Shown: positions 22,207 to 33,239 of the stretch, in pieces | Layout of the letters: each line of letters opens with the position of its first letter | Position numbering within the stretch: the stretch's first letter is position 1 | Assembly (NCBI GenBank): GCA_038321985.1 | Contig: JBBQFN010000001.1 | Span: 320,001 to 384,000, forward strand | From: Cyanophyceae cyanobacterium | Lineage (GTDB): Bacteria > Cyanobacteriota > Cyanobacteriia > Cyanobacteriales > Laspinemataceae | DNA: 64,000 nucleotides | Direction: 5' to 3' | Program-made: the position numbers and the translations under genes | The notes under the pieces: model-generated | Told to the model about the DNA's origin: nothing | Seen by the model: only the letters and a program-made list of their open reading frames with translations | The model's database searches: none

Positions 22207-22446
22207 TTATGCTTGGAGTTGATTCCACAACCGCTTGATTTCCTGCGAACTTTCAAATCTTGACATTTTTCCTTTCATTTCTAGTTCTCGGATCACCGAA
22301 ACTTGGTGACCAAACTCTCGCAAATTAGCCGGATCTGCCCGAAGTTCAGGAAGAAAGTTCCCTTGAGAAACAGGAGGAGATTCAGCCGAGTTAAATTTTT
22401 CTTGATTTTTAGGGGTGTTACTCATAGAGTCCTCCACCGTAAACAA
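22207..22446 (-). CDS. Small conserved cyanobacterial protein, divergent
   Basis: ANLREFGHQVS...LE..GK.S..E...EIKRLW.QL resembles the cyanobacterial ANLQEF...IK.LW small-protein family. Confidence 0.55.
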   Translation of the reverse strand: MFTVEDSMSNTPKNQEKFNSAESPPVSQGNFLPELRADPANLREFGHQVSVIRELEMKGKMSRFESSQEIKRLWNQLQA

Positions 22447-23599
22447 TTAAAAAAGAAGATTATATGAAGCTAAAATTTAGAGGGTTTCAGATCAACTCCC
22501 GGGAGTCGGTTGGGCCGACGATCGCATCGCTTGAGGAATACAACAGTGTCTCGGCAGCCGGCGAGATTCCTTTTGTGCGAATGAAACCGAGGTTAGGGTA
22601 TCTAAACCCGTTAATTTTTCCGGGTAGAAGTTGAAAAATTGGTTTTTCATAAATTTGATAAAAGATAAATAAAAAAGATTGTGAGTGCTACATTTGCTCC
22701 CCAAATAGAGCCTAAAAAAATAGTCTTTAGCCTTTTAAACGCAAAATTAATTAAATGCCTCCTTTCTTTTTTGATAATGCTAATTTATCGTGTTTGGAGG
22801 CAAAGCTCCTTCTACCGAAAGGAGAGATTTATTGTAAGGAGTGTTAAGTTGCCGTGTAAAAATAAATACATTAAGCGCCAGATTACCTGGAGAAAGCTAT
22901 ACGGGGCCGAGTTAGCGCCTAGACAAAGCAGGATCAGGGGATCGAGTTGGAGGTCCCGTATTGATTTAAACTGGCGGCAATGAGTGGGCGGATTGGGCGG
23001 CCCTGGTGACCTTAAATTATTATGAAGTATAAGTTAAAACCGGGCGATCGCCTGGGTAAAATATTCGTAAGGACAAGGGGTAATGGTAAGGGAGGCTAAA
23101 CTTATCGTGAGTCAATAGGGACTACGCTTAAGTCCACCCCCAAGGAAGTCATTTACATTTTTCGGAGGCGTTTTGTCAATAAATTGTCAAAAACGAAGGC
23201 GATTAACCCCGGACAAATAAAGGGCTAGAGTTACGAAGCGGATCAAGTCATCGCTAAACCCATTAAGATTGAGTCAATAGAGGAATTGCCGAGTTTAGGA
23301 ACCACCTATTTTTAAGGGGGATAAACAGGAGGAATTTGTTTCTAATTTTGCCAGAATTTTAGTAGAAGAATTGCCCAAATCTGAATCGGTGCCATAACAT
23401 TCATTTATTAAGCGTTATCGTTTCCCTAATAGGCTTCTTTACCCTGAAGAAATTATGAAAATAGGGAGCGCTTAATTTCTTGAATTTATCCACCCGTCTA
23501 ATGTCCAGTTAAAAATAAAAAATTGTGGCTGTGAATCAATCCGAACAGGTTTTTCCGGTGAATTTCAACCCCGCAATACACAATAACTCCTCGACTACT

Positions 23600-24770
23600 A
23601 TGGAAGTTTTAGTGTATTATATCGAGGGACTCAACAAGCGAGTCAGCGATTTATATTGACCCTTCTGTGCCGCCCTTAGATCCCCTCTTGCCTCACGCTT
23701 TCAAAGAACTTGCCACGGCTTCAGAAATCCTAAAATTGGCTGTGGAACTCCTGGAGAGTCAGCAAACGGAATTAGCGCGATCCCATCAAGACCTAGAGGA
23801 AGAACGCCAGGGTTATCAAACCCTATTTGAGGGCGCAACGCAACCTTACCTAGAGATTGATCAATCCGGAATGATTCAATCCGCTAACCGTGCCGCTGCT
23901 CTTCTCTTGAAGACTCCCCAGGAGTTTCTACCGGAAAAATCCATGAGCATTTTTATCGACCCATTGAGAATTTATAACAGAGACGATATCCTGAATCGGC
24001 TAAAAGATAAAAATTCGTTGCCAAAAACCTGCCGAGTCCCTCTCCCCCCCACACCAAGGGGAACCCCTGGAAGCCACTTTAAGCATTTCGGCGATCGGCA
24101 CCGATCAAATCAAGGGAGACATCTATCTGATCAGCCTACGTGAGATTACGGATGGTTTAAGCGATGTCACCGCCTCAGAATGGAAAAACTACCATTCCCA
24201 GGCCGATCGCCAGGTCTATGTTTACACCAGAGGCGAGGTGATCCCCATCAAACCCCAAACGATTTGGATTGTAAATAAGGGCTGGGTGAAACTGAGTACC
24301 TTAAGTGAAAAGGGAGAAGAAGTCGCGATTGGATTTCCCGGAGAACAGATGCCGTTTGGTCCGTCGTTAACCGCACTTCCGATTTACCAGGCGATCGCCC
24401 TGTCGGATCGCGTGGAGTTAACCTATCTTTCCCTAGAGGACGTTTCGAGATCCCCTCGTCTGAGAGAGTTTTTGCTGAGTGGACTCCATCAGCGCCTGCG
24501 TCAAATGGAATTATTGTTAGCCGTTTAAGCCGGCGACGAACCCTCGATCACTCTGTGTGTTTACTAGAGATTCTTAAAGGGGAAATGGGGGAATTTGTTA
24601 AAGACGGGACTCGCCTCCAGGTTCGCCTGACTCATCAGGATTTGGCCGACGCCTGCGGGACGACCCGAGTTACCATGACGAAATTGCTCAAGCAGTTACA
24701 AAAAGAGGGAAAAATTGCGATGGATTCGCGCAACCATATCATTCTGCGGGAATCGGGGATCCAGAGATAA
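23600..24770 (+). pseudogene. PAS + Crp/Fnr transcriptional regulator, broken by about three frameshifts
   Basis: Consecutive fragments in different frames: coiled coil/PAS (IQSANRAAALLL...ISLREIT), cNMP-like (IWIVNKGWVKLSTL...MPFG) and Crp HTH (LTHQDLADACGTTRVTMT). Breaks near 23657, 24050 (C-run) and 24525 (T-run). Confidence 0.8.
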
Positions 24771-24857
24771 AAAGGATAGAATAGGCCCTTGGAGATCCGG
24801 AAAGCTCGCAGCACAATAAAATAGAAAAGAGAAATGCGACGGGAGGTTAGCGCGAAG

Positions 24858-26069
24858 ATGGTCAGGGAAATTTGGCAAAGCCTGAGAGGTTTAGTGGGAG
24901 AAAAACGCAGCAGTCCGGAACTCCAAGAACCCGAAGAATTGGCTTCGTCACTGCCGCCGCTGGAAGATGAGGATTATGAATTGCTCTTTACCCAGATTGT
25001 GGAAGGATTGCGCTTGGGTTGGGACCGCGATCGCGTCCAAGAGTTTTTAGGGGCGCTCGGTTGGCGCGGGGATTTCCATTTATGGGCGGATTGGTTGCGC
25101 CGCTTTGGCGATCGCCTCCTAGGGCAGGAAAATTCTAACCCAGAATGGGGGGTGCGTCTGGTGCAGTTGGGGCGCTTGGACTGTGGAGAATTGAGTCAAG
25201 TGTCCCTGAAAATCGGGACGGGATTAATGGAGCGTCAAATGCCCGCCCCTACGCCACCAGCGACCCCCGCCCCAGCCCTAGCGCCGCCCCAAGATGCCCC
25301 CTCTTGGTTTGGGGAAGGGAATCTCAAACTGAATGCCGGAGATTGGGCAGGGGCGATCGCCGCCTATCGAGAAGCCCTCAAGCTCAAACCTGATTATTTG
25401 GAAGCCTGGAGTAATTTGGGGGCAGTGCTGTTTTATTCCCAACAGTATCCAGACGCTTTGGAAGTATTTGATCGCGCCCTTGCCCTGCAAAGCGAGAATG
25501 CAAGTTTGTGGTTTAATCGGGGCTTTACCCTGTCCTTGTTAGAGCGTCCCGCTGAGGCGATCGCCGCTTATGAAAAAGCCCTGCAACTTCAGCCAGATTT
25601 GGTGGTAGCCTGGCAAAATCGCGGCGTTGATTTGATGCATTTGGAACAGCATCAAGAGGCGGTGCGGTGTTTTGAGCAGGCGATTCAACTCAAGCCAGAT
25701 TTTGGCGAAGCCTGGAATAGTCGCGGCAATGCGTTATTCAAATTAAACCGTTATGAAGATGCAGTCACCAGTTACGATCGCTCCCTAGAATTGCAGAGTG
25801 ACCGGGCTGAAACCTGGTTTAATCGAGGATTAGCTTTAGCCGCTGATAACCAATCCTCCGAGGCGATCGCCTCCTTTGATCGGGTCATTTCTCTACAACC
25901 AAATAATTTTGAAGCCTGGGTTAATCGAGGTTTAACCTTGATGAGCAGCCAACGATTTTTAGAGGCGATCGCCTCCTTTGATCGCGCTCTGGAAGCTAAT
26001 CCGAACGACTCCCATGCCATAGGCTACCGCCAACAAGCCCAGGATCTACTGGAACAGGCGGCTTCTTAA
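24858..26069 (+). CDS. Tetratricopeptide repeat protein
   Basis: About seven TPRs (AW.NRG..L...EAIASFDRAL); GGAGG RBS before ATG 24858. Confidence 0.92.
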   Translation: MVREIWQSLRGLVGEKRSSPELQEPEELASSLPPLEDEDYELLFTQIVEGLRLGWDRDRVQEFLGALGWRGDFHLWADWLRRFGDRLLGQENSNPEWGVRLVQLGRLDCGELSQVSLKIGTGLMERQMPAPTPPATPAPALAPPQDAPSWFGEGNLKLNAGDWAGAIAAYREALKLKPDYLEAWSNLGAVLFYSQQYPDALEVFDRALALQSENASLWFNRGFTLSLLERPAEAIAAYEKALQLQPDLVVAWQNRGVDLMHLEQHQEAVRCFEQAIQLKPDFGEAWNSRGNALFKLNRYEDAVTSYDRSLELQSDRAETWFNRGLALAADNQSSEAIASFDRVISLQPNNFEAWVNRGLTLMSSQRFLEAIASFDRALEANPNDSHAIGYRQQAQDLLEQAAS

Positions 26070-26309
26070 CCCCTGTTGGAGGGAGGCAATGGGGCGATCG
26101 CTGATTTCCCCTCTCTTTTCCTCTAAATCTTCCTCCCAAATCATGAGTAGAGGTGACTACTCTGGCTAATAAATTTTGTGGGTTACCGCAACTTATTTGA
26201 AGGGAATAAGAGAAACTCTTGAGCAGAACGTTCCTACTTTCTTGCATTCCCAGAGGATTAATCGGTAAAAATAAGAAACCAACCGACTCCAGAAAAACAG
26301 GATTTTATC

Positions 26310-26516
26310 ATGACCATTTGGGTAAACGAACAAATCGATCCGTCCGGACTCGTCTATGCTTGCATTGCCTGTTGCGATGAAATACAAGCACAATCCTGTT
26401 ATGACTCCTTTATGAACAACCTCAGCGATGAACAAAAAACAACAGGTTGGAGCGTCAAAATGCGAACCGTAGAGTCCTGGGATGAAGTACCCGTTAGCGC
26501 GTTGAAATTAGCATAA
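26310..26516 (+). CDS. Small conserved cyanobacterial protein
   Basis: MTIWVNEQIDPSG..YACIAC...W..VP..ALKL; AGGA before the ATG. Confidence 0.75.
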   Translation: MTIWVNEQIDPSGLVYACIACCDEIQAQSCYDSFMNNLSDEQKTTGWSVKMRTVESWDEVPVSALKLA

Positions 26517-26536
26517 GGGAGACTGTCATCGAAATG

Positions 26537-26589
26537 GGGGAGAATATTCAAAGTCACGAGTTACTGTCATTACTTTGAATATTCTCCCC
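26537..26589. repeat. Perfect 18-bp inverted repeat between convergent genes
   Basis: GGGGAGAATATTCAAAGT (26537-26554) and ACTTTGAATATTCTCCCC (26572-26589), 17-nt loop. Confidence 0.8.
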
Positions 26590-26600
26590 AATGCTTACTC

Positions 26601-27767
26601 TCAAATCGGCGGTTGCTTACGAACACGGGGTAATTTCAATTGAAGGGGACTGAGAATTTGGTTGAGGAGGCGGAGTTGTTCCGTGGTTCCCATGCAAATG
26701 AGAGTATCTCCCACCATCAGGATCGTGTCAGCGGTGGGTCCACCGATGAGATGTCCATCGGCGCGGCGAATAGCCAAAACTAGAGCACCGGAGTGCGATC
26801 GCAGTTTGGCATCCCGCAAGGTTTCTCCCGCTAAGGGACAACTCTCGGCATCAATCAAAAACTCTTCTAAATAAAAGGTGCGATCAGCACCGGCAATAAT
26901 CCCATCCACAAAATCCATCACTTGGGGTCGCAACGCCGCTGCTGCCATCCGCCGACCCCCAGTAATGTAGGGAGAAACCACCGCATCGGCACCACTGCGC
27001 TGTAACTTTTGCACCGCTTCTTCACTATTGGCGCGGCAAATCGTCCGGATTTTGGGGTTTAAGGTTTTGGCAGAAATTAACGTATAGAGATTTTCCGCAT
27101 CCGAGGGCATCGCCGTCACCAAACATATCCCCCGTTCGATGCCAACCGCTAACAAAGTCCCATCCAGAGTAGCATCTCCTTGAATGGCAATATACCCGAG
27201 TTGCTGCGCCTGTTGAACCACCTCGGCAGAGTTGTCAATCACCAAGAAGGGAATCCCTTCAGCGCTGAATTCATGGGCAATCTGACGCCCGGTGCGACCA
27301 AATCCACAAATAATGTAATGCTCAGATAAAGTATCAATCAAGCGTCGTTGTCTTCTACTTTTGAGTTCGTCTTGGAAATATCCTTCAATAATAGCTTCTG
27401 TAAAGCGGTTAACGATATATCCGATGCTGACCAATCCCATAGCAATTAAGGAAATGGTAAATAAACGACCGCGATCGCCTAACGGTTGGACTTCCAGAAA
27501 TCCCACCGTAGACAGGGTAATCGCTGTCATATAAACGGCATCTATCCACCGCCATCCTTCTATCAGTCTATACCACAGGATCCCTATCAAGGCAACGGAA
27601 ACGAGGGCCAGTCCACCCCCGAGTAATTGTTGCCGAATCCGTCGGTACTTGTAATTGATATCGGTTGTTACCTTTAAAAAATGATTTGAATTCACAAAAA
27701 TAACCGCGCCTTTTATAACTATTAATCGTCCCGATTGAACTGATGTCCCGGATTTTATTTGGGACAA
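26601..27767 (-). CDS. Two-TM potassium channel with TrkA-N/TrkA-C (RCK) domains
   Basis: Pore TLSTVGF, CGFGRTG Rossmann motif, GDAT, GADAVVSP and C-terminal LVLAIRR. True start probably downstream of 27767. Confidence 0.9.
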   Translation of the reverse strand: MSQIKSGTSVQSGRLIVIKGAVIFVNSNHFLKVTTDINYKYRRIRQQLLGGGLALVSVALIGILWYRLIEGWRWIDAVYMTAITLSTVGFLEVQPLGDRGRLFTISLIAMGLVSIGYIVNRFTEAIIEGYFQDELKSRRQRRLIDTLSEHYIICGFGRTGRQIAHEFSAEGIPFLVIDNSAEVVQQAQQLGYIAIQGDATLDGTLLAVGIERGICLVTAMPSDAENLYTLISAKTLNPKIRTICRANSEEAVQKLQRSGADAVVSPYITGGRRMAAAALRPQVMDFVDGIIAGADRTFYLEEFLIDAESCPLAGETLRDAKLRSHSGALVLAIRRADGHLIGGPTADTILMVGDTLICMGTTEQLRLLNQILSPLQLKLPRVRKQPPI

Positions 27768-28550
27768 AAAACATGGAAAAAGGCGCTGCTAGTCATTAAT
27801 TTCATCACGATTTGAATGAAACTTACGGACAATTGGGGGAAGGTTAGGAACGGTAAAAAAACCCTGATAAAAACTTAGAGTTTGGGGTCTGGGATACTTT
27901 ACCATATCGATGGAAACTTCTCCGGTAGAAGGGAATTATCAGTTCTGCCAGAGGGTGAACTATTCGCCCATCTTATCCGTGAACCTGAGTAATTTTACTC
28001 CCCAAGCTCTCCGGATCGGAAATCCACTGGACTTGATATTTTAGGAATCGGATGGGGGGTCTGCTTGAAGGGCGATCGCAGCTATCTCCCAGGCAAAAGA
28101 GCCACTACTTCTACGATGAGTCATGGAACCCTGACATTTTGGGGGCCTTAGTGATTTTTCTCAGCCACAGGGACCTACCGCCGAGGGACCGATAGCCCAG
28201 GAAATCCTTAAGTTTTTGAAAAATTTGTCTGCATCGCTATCCTTGGGGTACAGTGTTCTATCTGGGACCGTTCCCGGCTTCTACAGGGGCTTATCTCCAG
28301 CCTTTTTCCCCAAATTCCTCAGTAAGAGGATGGCATATTTTCCCATTCTAAAATTAACAAGAATTCTGGGAAAAGTCAAGCCTATTTTGAGGAATGTTTG
28401 CCCAGTCCTGTTGATCAATTGAGTAGGTGAAAGGGAATAAAATTTTAATGATCTTAACCTAAAAATGACGAGCAGTTAGCTAGGATAAAATGTAATTCTC
28501 AGCAAGTTGCAGCCAACCGGCGTAAAAACTCAGGAAAAAAGGAGCAAGTA

Positions 28551-29822
28551 GTGAGTCCAGAAACCCTAATTTCAACGCCCCATCTCGAAACGAATCCATC
28601 AGTTTTTGACCCTGCCGAATTTGATGCAGCGGTGATGACGACATACGGACGCTTTCCCCTGGCCCTAGAACGGGGTCGGGGATGCCGGGTCTGGGATACT
28701 GAAGGAGGAGAATACCTGGATTTTGTGGCCGGGATTGCCACCTGTACACTCGGACACGCGCACCCCGCAATGGTCAAAGCAGTGACGGAACAAATCCAAA
28801 AACTGCATCACGTTTCTAATTTGTATTATATTCCCGAGCAAGGGGCGTTAGCACAATGGTTAGTTAACCACTCTTGCGCCGATCGCGTCTTTTTCTGTAA
28901 CTCGGGTGCAGAAGCGAATGAAGGGGCGATTAAACTGGCCCGCAAATACGCTCACACCGTCTTAAATATCGACAATCCGGTAATTTTAACCGCCCACGCT
29001 AGTTTCCACGGACGGACCCTCGCCACAATTACCGCCACGGGTCAACCTAAATATCAGAAGAATTTTGACCCGTTGGTGCCGGGATTTGCTTATGTACCCT
29101 TTAATGATATTGATGGGCTCAAAGCTGCGATCGCCGAATTGGATGGAGGACCCCAGCGCCGGGTAGCAGCGATTCTCCTAGAACCGCTACAGGGAGAAGG
29201 CGGTGTCTGTCCCGGGGATGTGAGTTACTTCCAGGCCGTCCGGCAAATTTGCGATGAAACCGGCATTTTACTGATTTTAGACGAAGTACAGGTGGGAATG
29301 GGCCGCTCTGGGAAGCTGTGGGGATATGAAAACCTCGGCATTGAACCGGATATCTTTACTTCGGCGAAAGGGTTAGGCGGGGGAGTCCCTATTGGGGCAA
29401 CATTATGTAAATCCAGTTGTAATGTCTTCCAACCCGGAGATCATGCCAGCACTTATGGGGGGAATCCCTTCGCCTGTGGAGTGGCCCTCACGGTCTGTCA
29501 AACCCTGGAACAGGAGAATTTGTTAGAAAATGCCGCACAACGGGGGGAACAATTACGCCAGGGATTACGGGCGATCGCCACTCAATATCCGCATCTGATT
29601 GCGGAGGTGCGCGGTTGGGGACTGATTAATGGTTTGGAACTGACGGCTGAGTGCAAAATGACTTCTATCGAGATTGTCAAAGCGGCAATGGCAGCCGGAT
29701 TATTACTCGTTCCCGCAGGACCGAAGGTGGTGCGGTTTGTTCCACCTTTGATTGTTACTGAGTCTGAAGTCGAGGAAGCATTAGCGACGATTGGTCAGGC
29801 ACTGGCCCTCCTCGATGTTTAA
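28551..29822 (+). CDS. argD: Acetylornithine aminotransferase
   Basis: YLDFVAGIA, FFCNSGAEANE, SFHGRT, EPLQGEGG, DEVQVGMGRSG and SAKGLGGG (PLP lysine). Confidence 0.93.
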   Translation: MSPETLISTPHLETNPSVFDPAEFDAAVMTTYGRFPLALERGRGCRVWDTEGGEYLDFVAGIATCTLGHAHPAMVKAVTEQIQKLHHVSNLYYIPEQGALAQWLVNHSCADRVFFCNSGAEANEGAIKLARKYAHTVLNIDNPVILTAHASFHGRTLATITATGQPKYQKNFDPLVPGFAYVPFNDIDGLKAAIAELDGGPQRRVAAILLEPLQGEGGVCPGDVSYFQAVRQICDETGILLILDEVQVGMGRSGKLWGYENLGIEPDIFTSAKGLGGGVPIGATLCKSSCNVFQPGDHASTYGGNPFACGVALTVCQTLEQENLLENAAQRGEQLRQGLRAIATQYPHLIAEVRGWGLINGLELTAECKMTSIEIVKAAMAAGLLLVPAGPKVVRFVPPLIVTESEVEEALATIGQALALLDV

Positions 29823-30019
29823 TATCTGACCGCAGCTTTGACTAGGGGCGATCGCACACCCGGTTTCTCTTTGGGAACCGGGTTTTAAAGGTTTTCCTCT
29901 CCACGACATCGGTTGATCCAGAAACGTAAAACCAGCAATTTCTAACTCATTAGGCCAAATTCTCCCCGGGGGATATAGAGGCAGATTTTTTGTCACCAGA
30001 GGGGCAAAATCCTATACAA

Positions 30020-30245
30020 TCATCAATTTTAGAGGGCGTTTCGGAAGTGCGGACGGTGGATGTGCAATTAGCCGATGCAGAGGTAGATAATGCGATCGCA
30101 GCAGAAGCAGAAGCCCAGGCGCGTCAGGATGAAGCCTATGTGCGCTCACTCATTGACGGTCAAGCGATCGCCATCCATAGGTTTCGGGTTTAACGAATTT
30201 ACAAGTAGAGGTGATCATTGCCACAGTGCCAGCGGAAACTTTAAA
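30020..30245 (+). pseudogene. devB-like (HlyD/MFP) remnant
   Basis: EVRTVDVQLADAEVDNAIAA...AYVRSLIDGQ joined directly to the C-terminal GLTNLQVEVII; no N-terminus. Confidence 0.75.
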
Positions 30246-30309
30246 TAATCGCCCTTCCGGTCCCGGAGATCTATCCATGACAACTCCCGAGTAAACTTGC
30301 TCCCTAATT

Positions 30310-30925
30310 ATACTCCGAAAAATTCCCTTAGCTTGGTTGCAATTGTCTCGTGAAAAAAGCCGTCTGTTGGTGGCGATCGCCGGGATTGCTTTTGCTGACA
30401 TTTTGAGGTTTATACAATTGGGATTCCGCGATGCACTGTTTGATAGTTCGACTCGGTTACACAAGAGTTTGACCGGAGATATCGTGTTAATCGGTCTGCG
30501 ATCGCAGGCATTAATTTCGATGCCATCTTTTTCACGCCGTCGCCTCTACCAAACTGTGGCGGTCCCCCAAGTCCAATCGGTGAGTCCGTTATATATTGGG
30601 ATCGGAACAATGCTAATCTGGAGGAAATTAAACGCTCGGATATCGTATTATTTGACTGCGATGCTCGTCCAGAGTTTGGGCCAATTCCTCAGTTATTACA
30701 GGAAGAGCAGAAAGTAAAAACCGAAGTCGGAGGCCGCAAAATTCAAGTAATAGGATTATTTAGTTTAGGAGCTTCTTTTGGGGCGGATGGTAGTTTAGTT
30801 ACCAGTGAATTAACTTTTTTAAGATTGTTTAAAAAGCGGAAAATTAGGGAGGTTGATGTGGGGTTAATTCACCTAAAACTGGGTGCCAATGTGGAAGATG
30901 CGATCGCAGCCATTCAGTCTCACTC
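30310..30925 (+). pseudogene. devC-like ABC permease remnant
   Basis: RKIPLAWLQL.REK.RLLVAIAGIAFAD...QLGFRDALFDS, then in another frame VLFD...RPEFGPI and GLFSLGASFGADG. The C-terminal TM half is deleted. Confidence 0.85.
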
Positions 30926-31305
30926 CGGCAAAAGGTGCAAATGTCTCTTGATTTACATTCTCAAGCCGGGGACGAGAATAAAATAAAAGCCCAAGCCATT
31001 GCCATGTTAGAATCCGTTGGATTAAGGGAATGGATTGATTGTTATCCGGAAAATCTATCCGGGGGACAAAAACAACGAGTTGCGATCGCCTGAACTCTGG
31101 CGAGTCATCCTCAACTGGTTTTAGCCGATGAACCGACGGCAGCGCTAGATAGTAAATCGGGTTGAGATGTCGTAGAATTAATGCAACCCTTGGCAAAAGA
31201 ACAAGGCTGTACTATCTTGCTGGTGACCCACGACCCCCGGATTTTAGATATTGCCGATCGCATCGTTCCGATGGAAGACGGACGACTCAAGCCGGGGAGG
31301 GGATA
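30925..31305 (+). pseudogene. devA-like ABC ATPase remnant
   Basis: RQKVQMSL...MLESVGL...LSGGQKQRVAIA*...LADEPTAALDSKSG*...LLVTHD..IADR..MEDGRL. Two in-frame TGA stops; the Walker A half is missing. Confidence 0.88.
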
Positions 31306-31481
31306 GGGTTGCAACCCAAGGATTGCAAATGCCTCATAATTCTTTAAACGGGGCGATCGCACCGGGGGATTTCGCTGGCTGGGGTATCGGGTGGTCTTGA
31401 ATTAATCCCCCCTTCAACTGTTGCAAATAAACAGGATAAACTTCCTCATTCATTCTTTCCACCACCTCATCGCGATCGCCT

Positions 31482-32384
31482 TTACCGACGCGGTTTTCTG
31501 CCCGGATTTCCCGCTGCTTTCGTCTTAGTTCCCGTTTTCCCCCGGCGTGTATTCGTACCCGTGAGAGAGGTGGCTGTACCCCCAGTCATCGCACTTGTAT
31601 CTGATGTATCAGAGGCAGACATCCGTCGCGCTGTTGCCGTCCGGAAGGTCACATTTACCCCTTCATTAGATTGTTCTAGCACTAACAACGGAGTCGGTTT
31701 AGCTTTTTGATCCCAGTGGATGTAAGCAACTCGGCCTTGAATCGTCGGTTGCCAGGTATCGTGATCATCCCGCGCACTTAGATAAGTTTCCAGACAATCG
31801 ATAATTTGGCTAATCGTTTTTGATGTGGCTTGAGTCGGTAACTTGGTTAACCTAATTTGAATGCGAAACAGCACTCGTTTTTTAGATTTAGCAACGTCCC
31901 CCAGATGATATTCTACATCAAATATTTCATCAACCTGTCGGCCCGAACCTCGGGTTTCTGCATTTGGACGCAAAGCAACCGAGATTTTTTCTTTTACCTT
32001 AACTTTAATTTGATTCACGACAGCAAAGTGGAAATTTTCTTCTTCCATCCTCATTCGTAGATAGTCTAAATTAAACTCCCGTGAGTGAATGAGGTCGGGA
32101 TTTTTTTCCATTTTTGTAATCGATTCGAGAGACATTTTTAGCTTTTTTTGAAGCTCTTTATTTTTGAACTCATCAAACTTAACCTTTTTCTTAAGCTGGT
32201 CCAGTTGCACTTTGTGAAACACAAAAGAGGCTATAAGTAACAGCAAAAGGCCACCCGAGACTGACATCCATAGTTGATCCGGTGACAGAGGCAATTTTGA
32301 GTTATTCGTTTCTTGGGCTTGAGCTAAGGTAGGCTGGACAAGGATAATAGGGCTTGACATAGACTTTCCCTGGTACAACGGCAC
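31482..32384 (-). CDS. Conserved cyanobacterial membrane-anchored coiled-coil protein
   Basis: Single TM, coiled coil, NPDLIHSREFNLDYLRMRM and WDQKAKPTPLLVLEQ, basic tail. Confidence 0.75.
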   Translation of the reverse strand: MPLYQGKSMSSPIILVQPTLAQAQETNNSKLPLSPDQLWMSVSGGLLLLLIASFVFHKVQLDQLKKKVKFDEFKNKELQKKLKMSLESITKMEKNPDLIHSREFNLDYLRMRMEEENFHFAVVNQIKVKVKEKISVALRPNAETRGSGRQVDEIFDVEYHLGDVAKSKKRVLFRIQIRLTKLPTQATSKTISQIIDCLETYLSARDDHDTWQPTIQGRVAYIHWDQKAKPTPLLVLEQSNEGVNVTFRTATARRMSASDTSDTSAMTGGTATSLTGTNTRRGKTGTKTKAAGNPGRKPRR

Positions 32385-33239
32385 TTTTTAATAGAGTTCC
32401 CCCGAGGGCATCTTTGATATTCATCTCCTCCGCTTTTCACTCCCTCTGATGGATGGAAGACGGTCACCGATTAGAGGTGTCAAGTCGGGTAGAAGGTGGG
32501 GTGCGTCTGGTGACAACAGAAAGAGAAGGTGAGTAGATGTCCGTTTGTAGATGTCCGTCCTTTTTACAGCAAACTGCTGGATAATCCAAATCAACCGAAC
32601 CGATATTAACACCCCTACCCTATCCTAACTATCCGCTTACAGACTGGGGGGAAGGCTGCCATTTTTCCCCAACATCGGGTTCCCGAACAGGCAACCAGAC
32701 CCGGGTTAAAGCGCGCCTATAGCCTCCAGATTGCACGAAACCCCAACAACTTCAGGACGCTCCCACCTCTTCTGTATGATGCCCTATCCCGACAAAAAGG
32801 ATTTTACCTGATTCGGGCGGCGAACTCTACTGTAGTTTAGGGCAATTGCTCCGCTATTCCAAGCTCACTTCCAAAACCGGCGACTCGACCCTCAGGCGAT
32901 CGCCCCCAATCTTGCAGGTCCTGGGGTCTGTCCCTTCAAAGTGGCGAATTGAACTGAGGGTTTAAAATGGTTCCCTGTTTAGGGCAGTTTTCTCGATTCA
33001 ATCGGATTCAATGGAAGGATTGAGGGCGGTTTAAGGACAACTATTCCTAGGAATTAAAAACCTTAAAGTTGGCAGTTCTCACCCTTTAATCAACAGAACA
33101 ATGTAGGAAAATTTAACCTTCAGTTCTGTTTTTCTCCGGATTCAAACCCCTTTATCCCCAAGGGTTGACTCCTTTTCTTTCCCTTGCTCTCATATTACAA
33201 GGAAAATCTACACTGATGGAATGGCAAACTCAAAAATTT

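Noticed and set aside
22492..22983. ORFs 22492-22704 and 22681-22983
   Set aside because: No recognisable motifs or RBS, AT-rich and mutually overlapping; probably spurious.
30900..30907. HIP1-mediated devC/devA fusion
   Set aside because: DevC-like sequence appears to continue ~18 nt past the HIP1 site, so the junction is nearer 30925.
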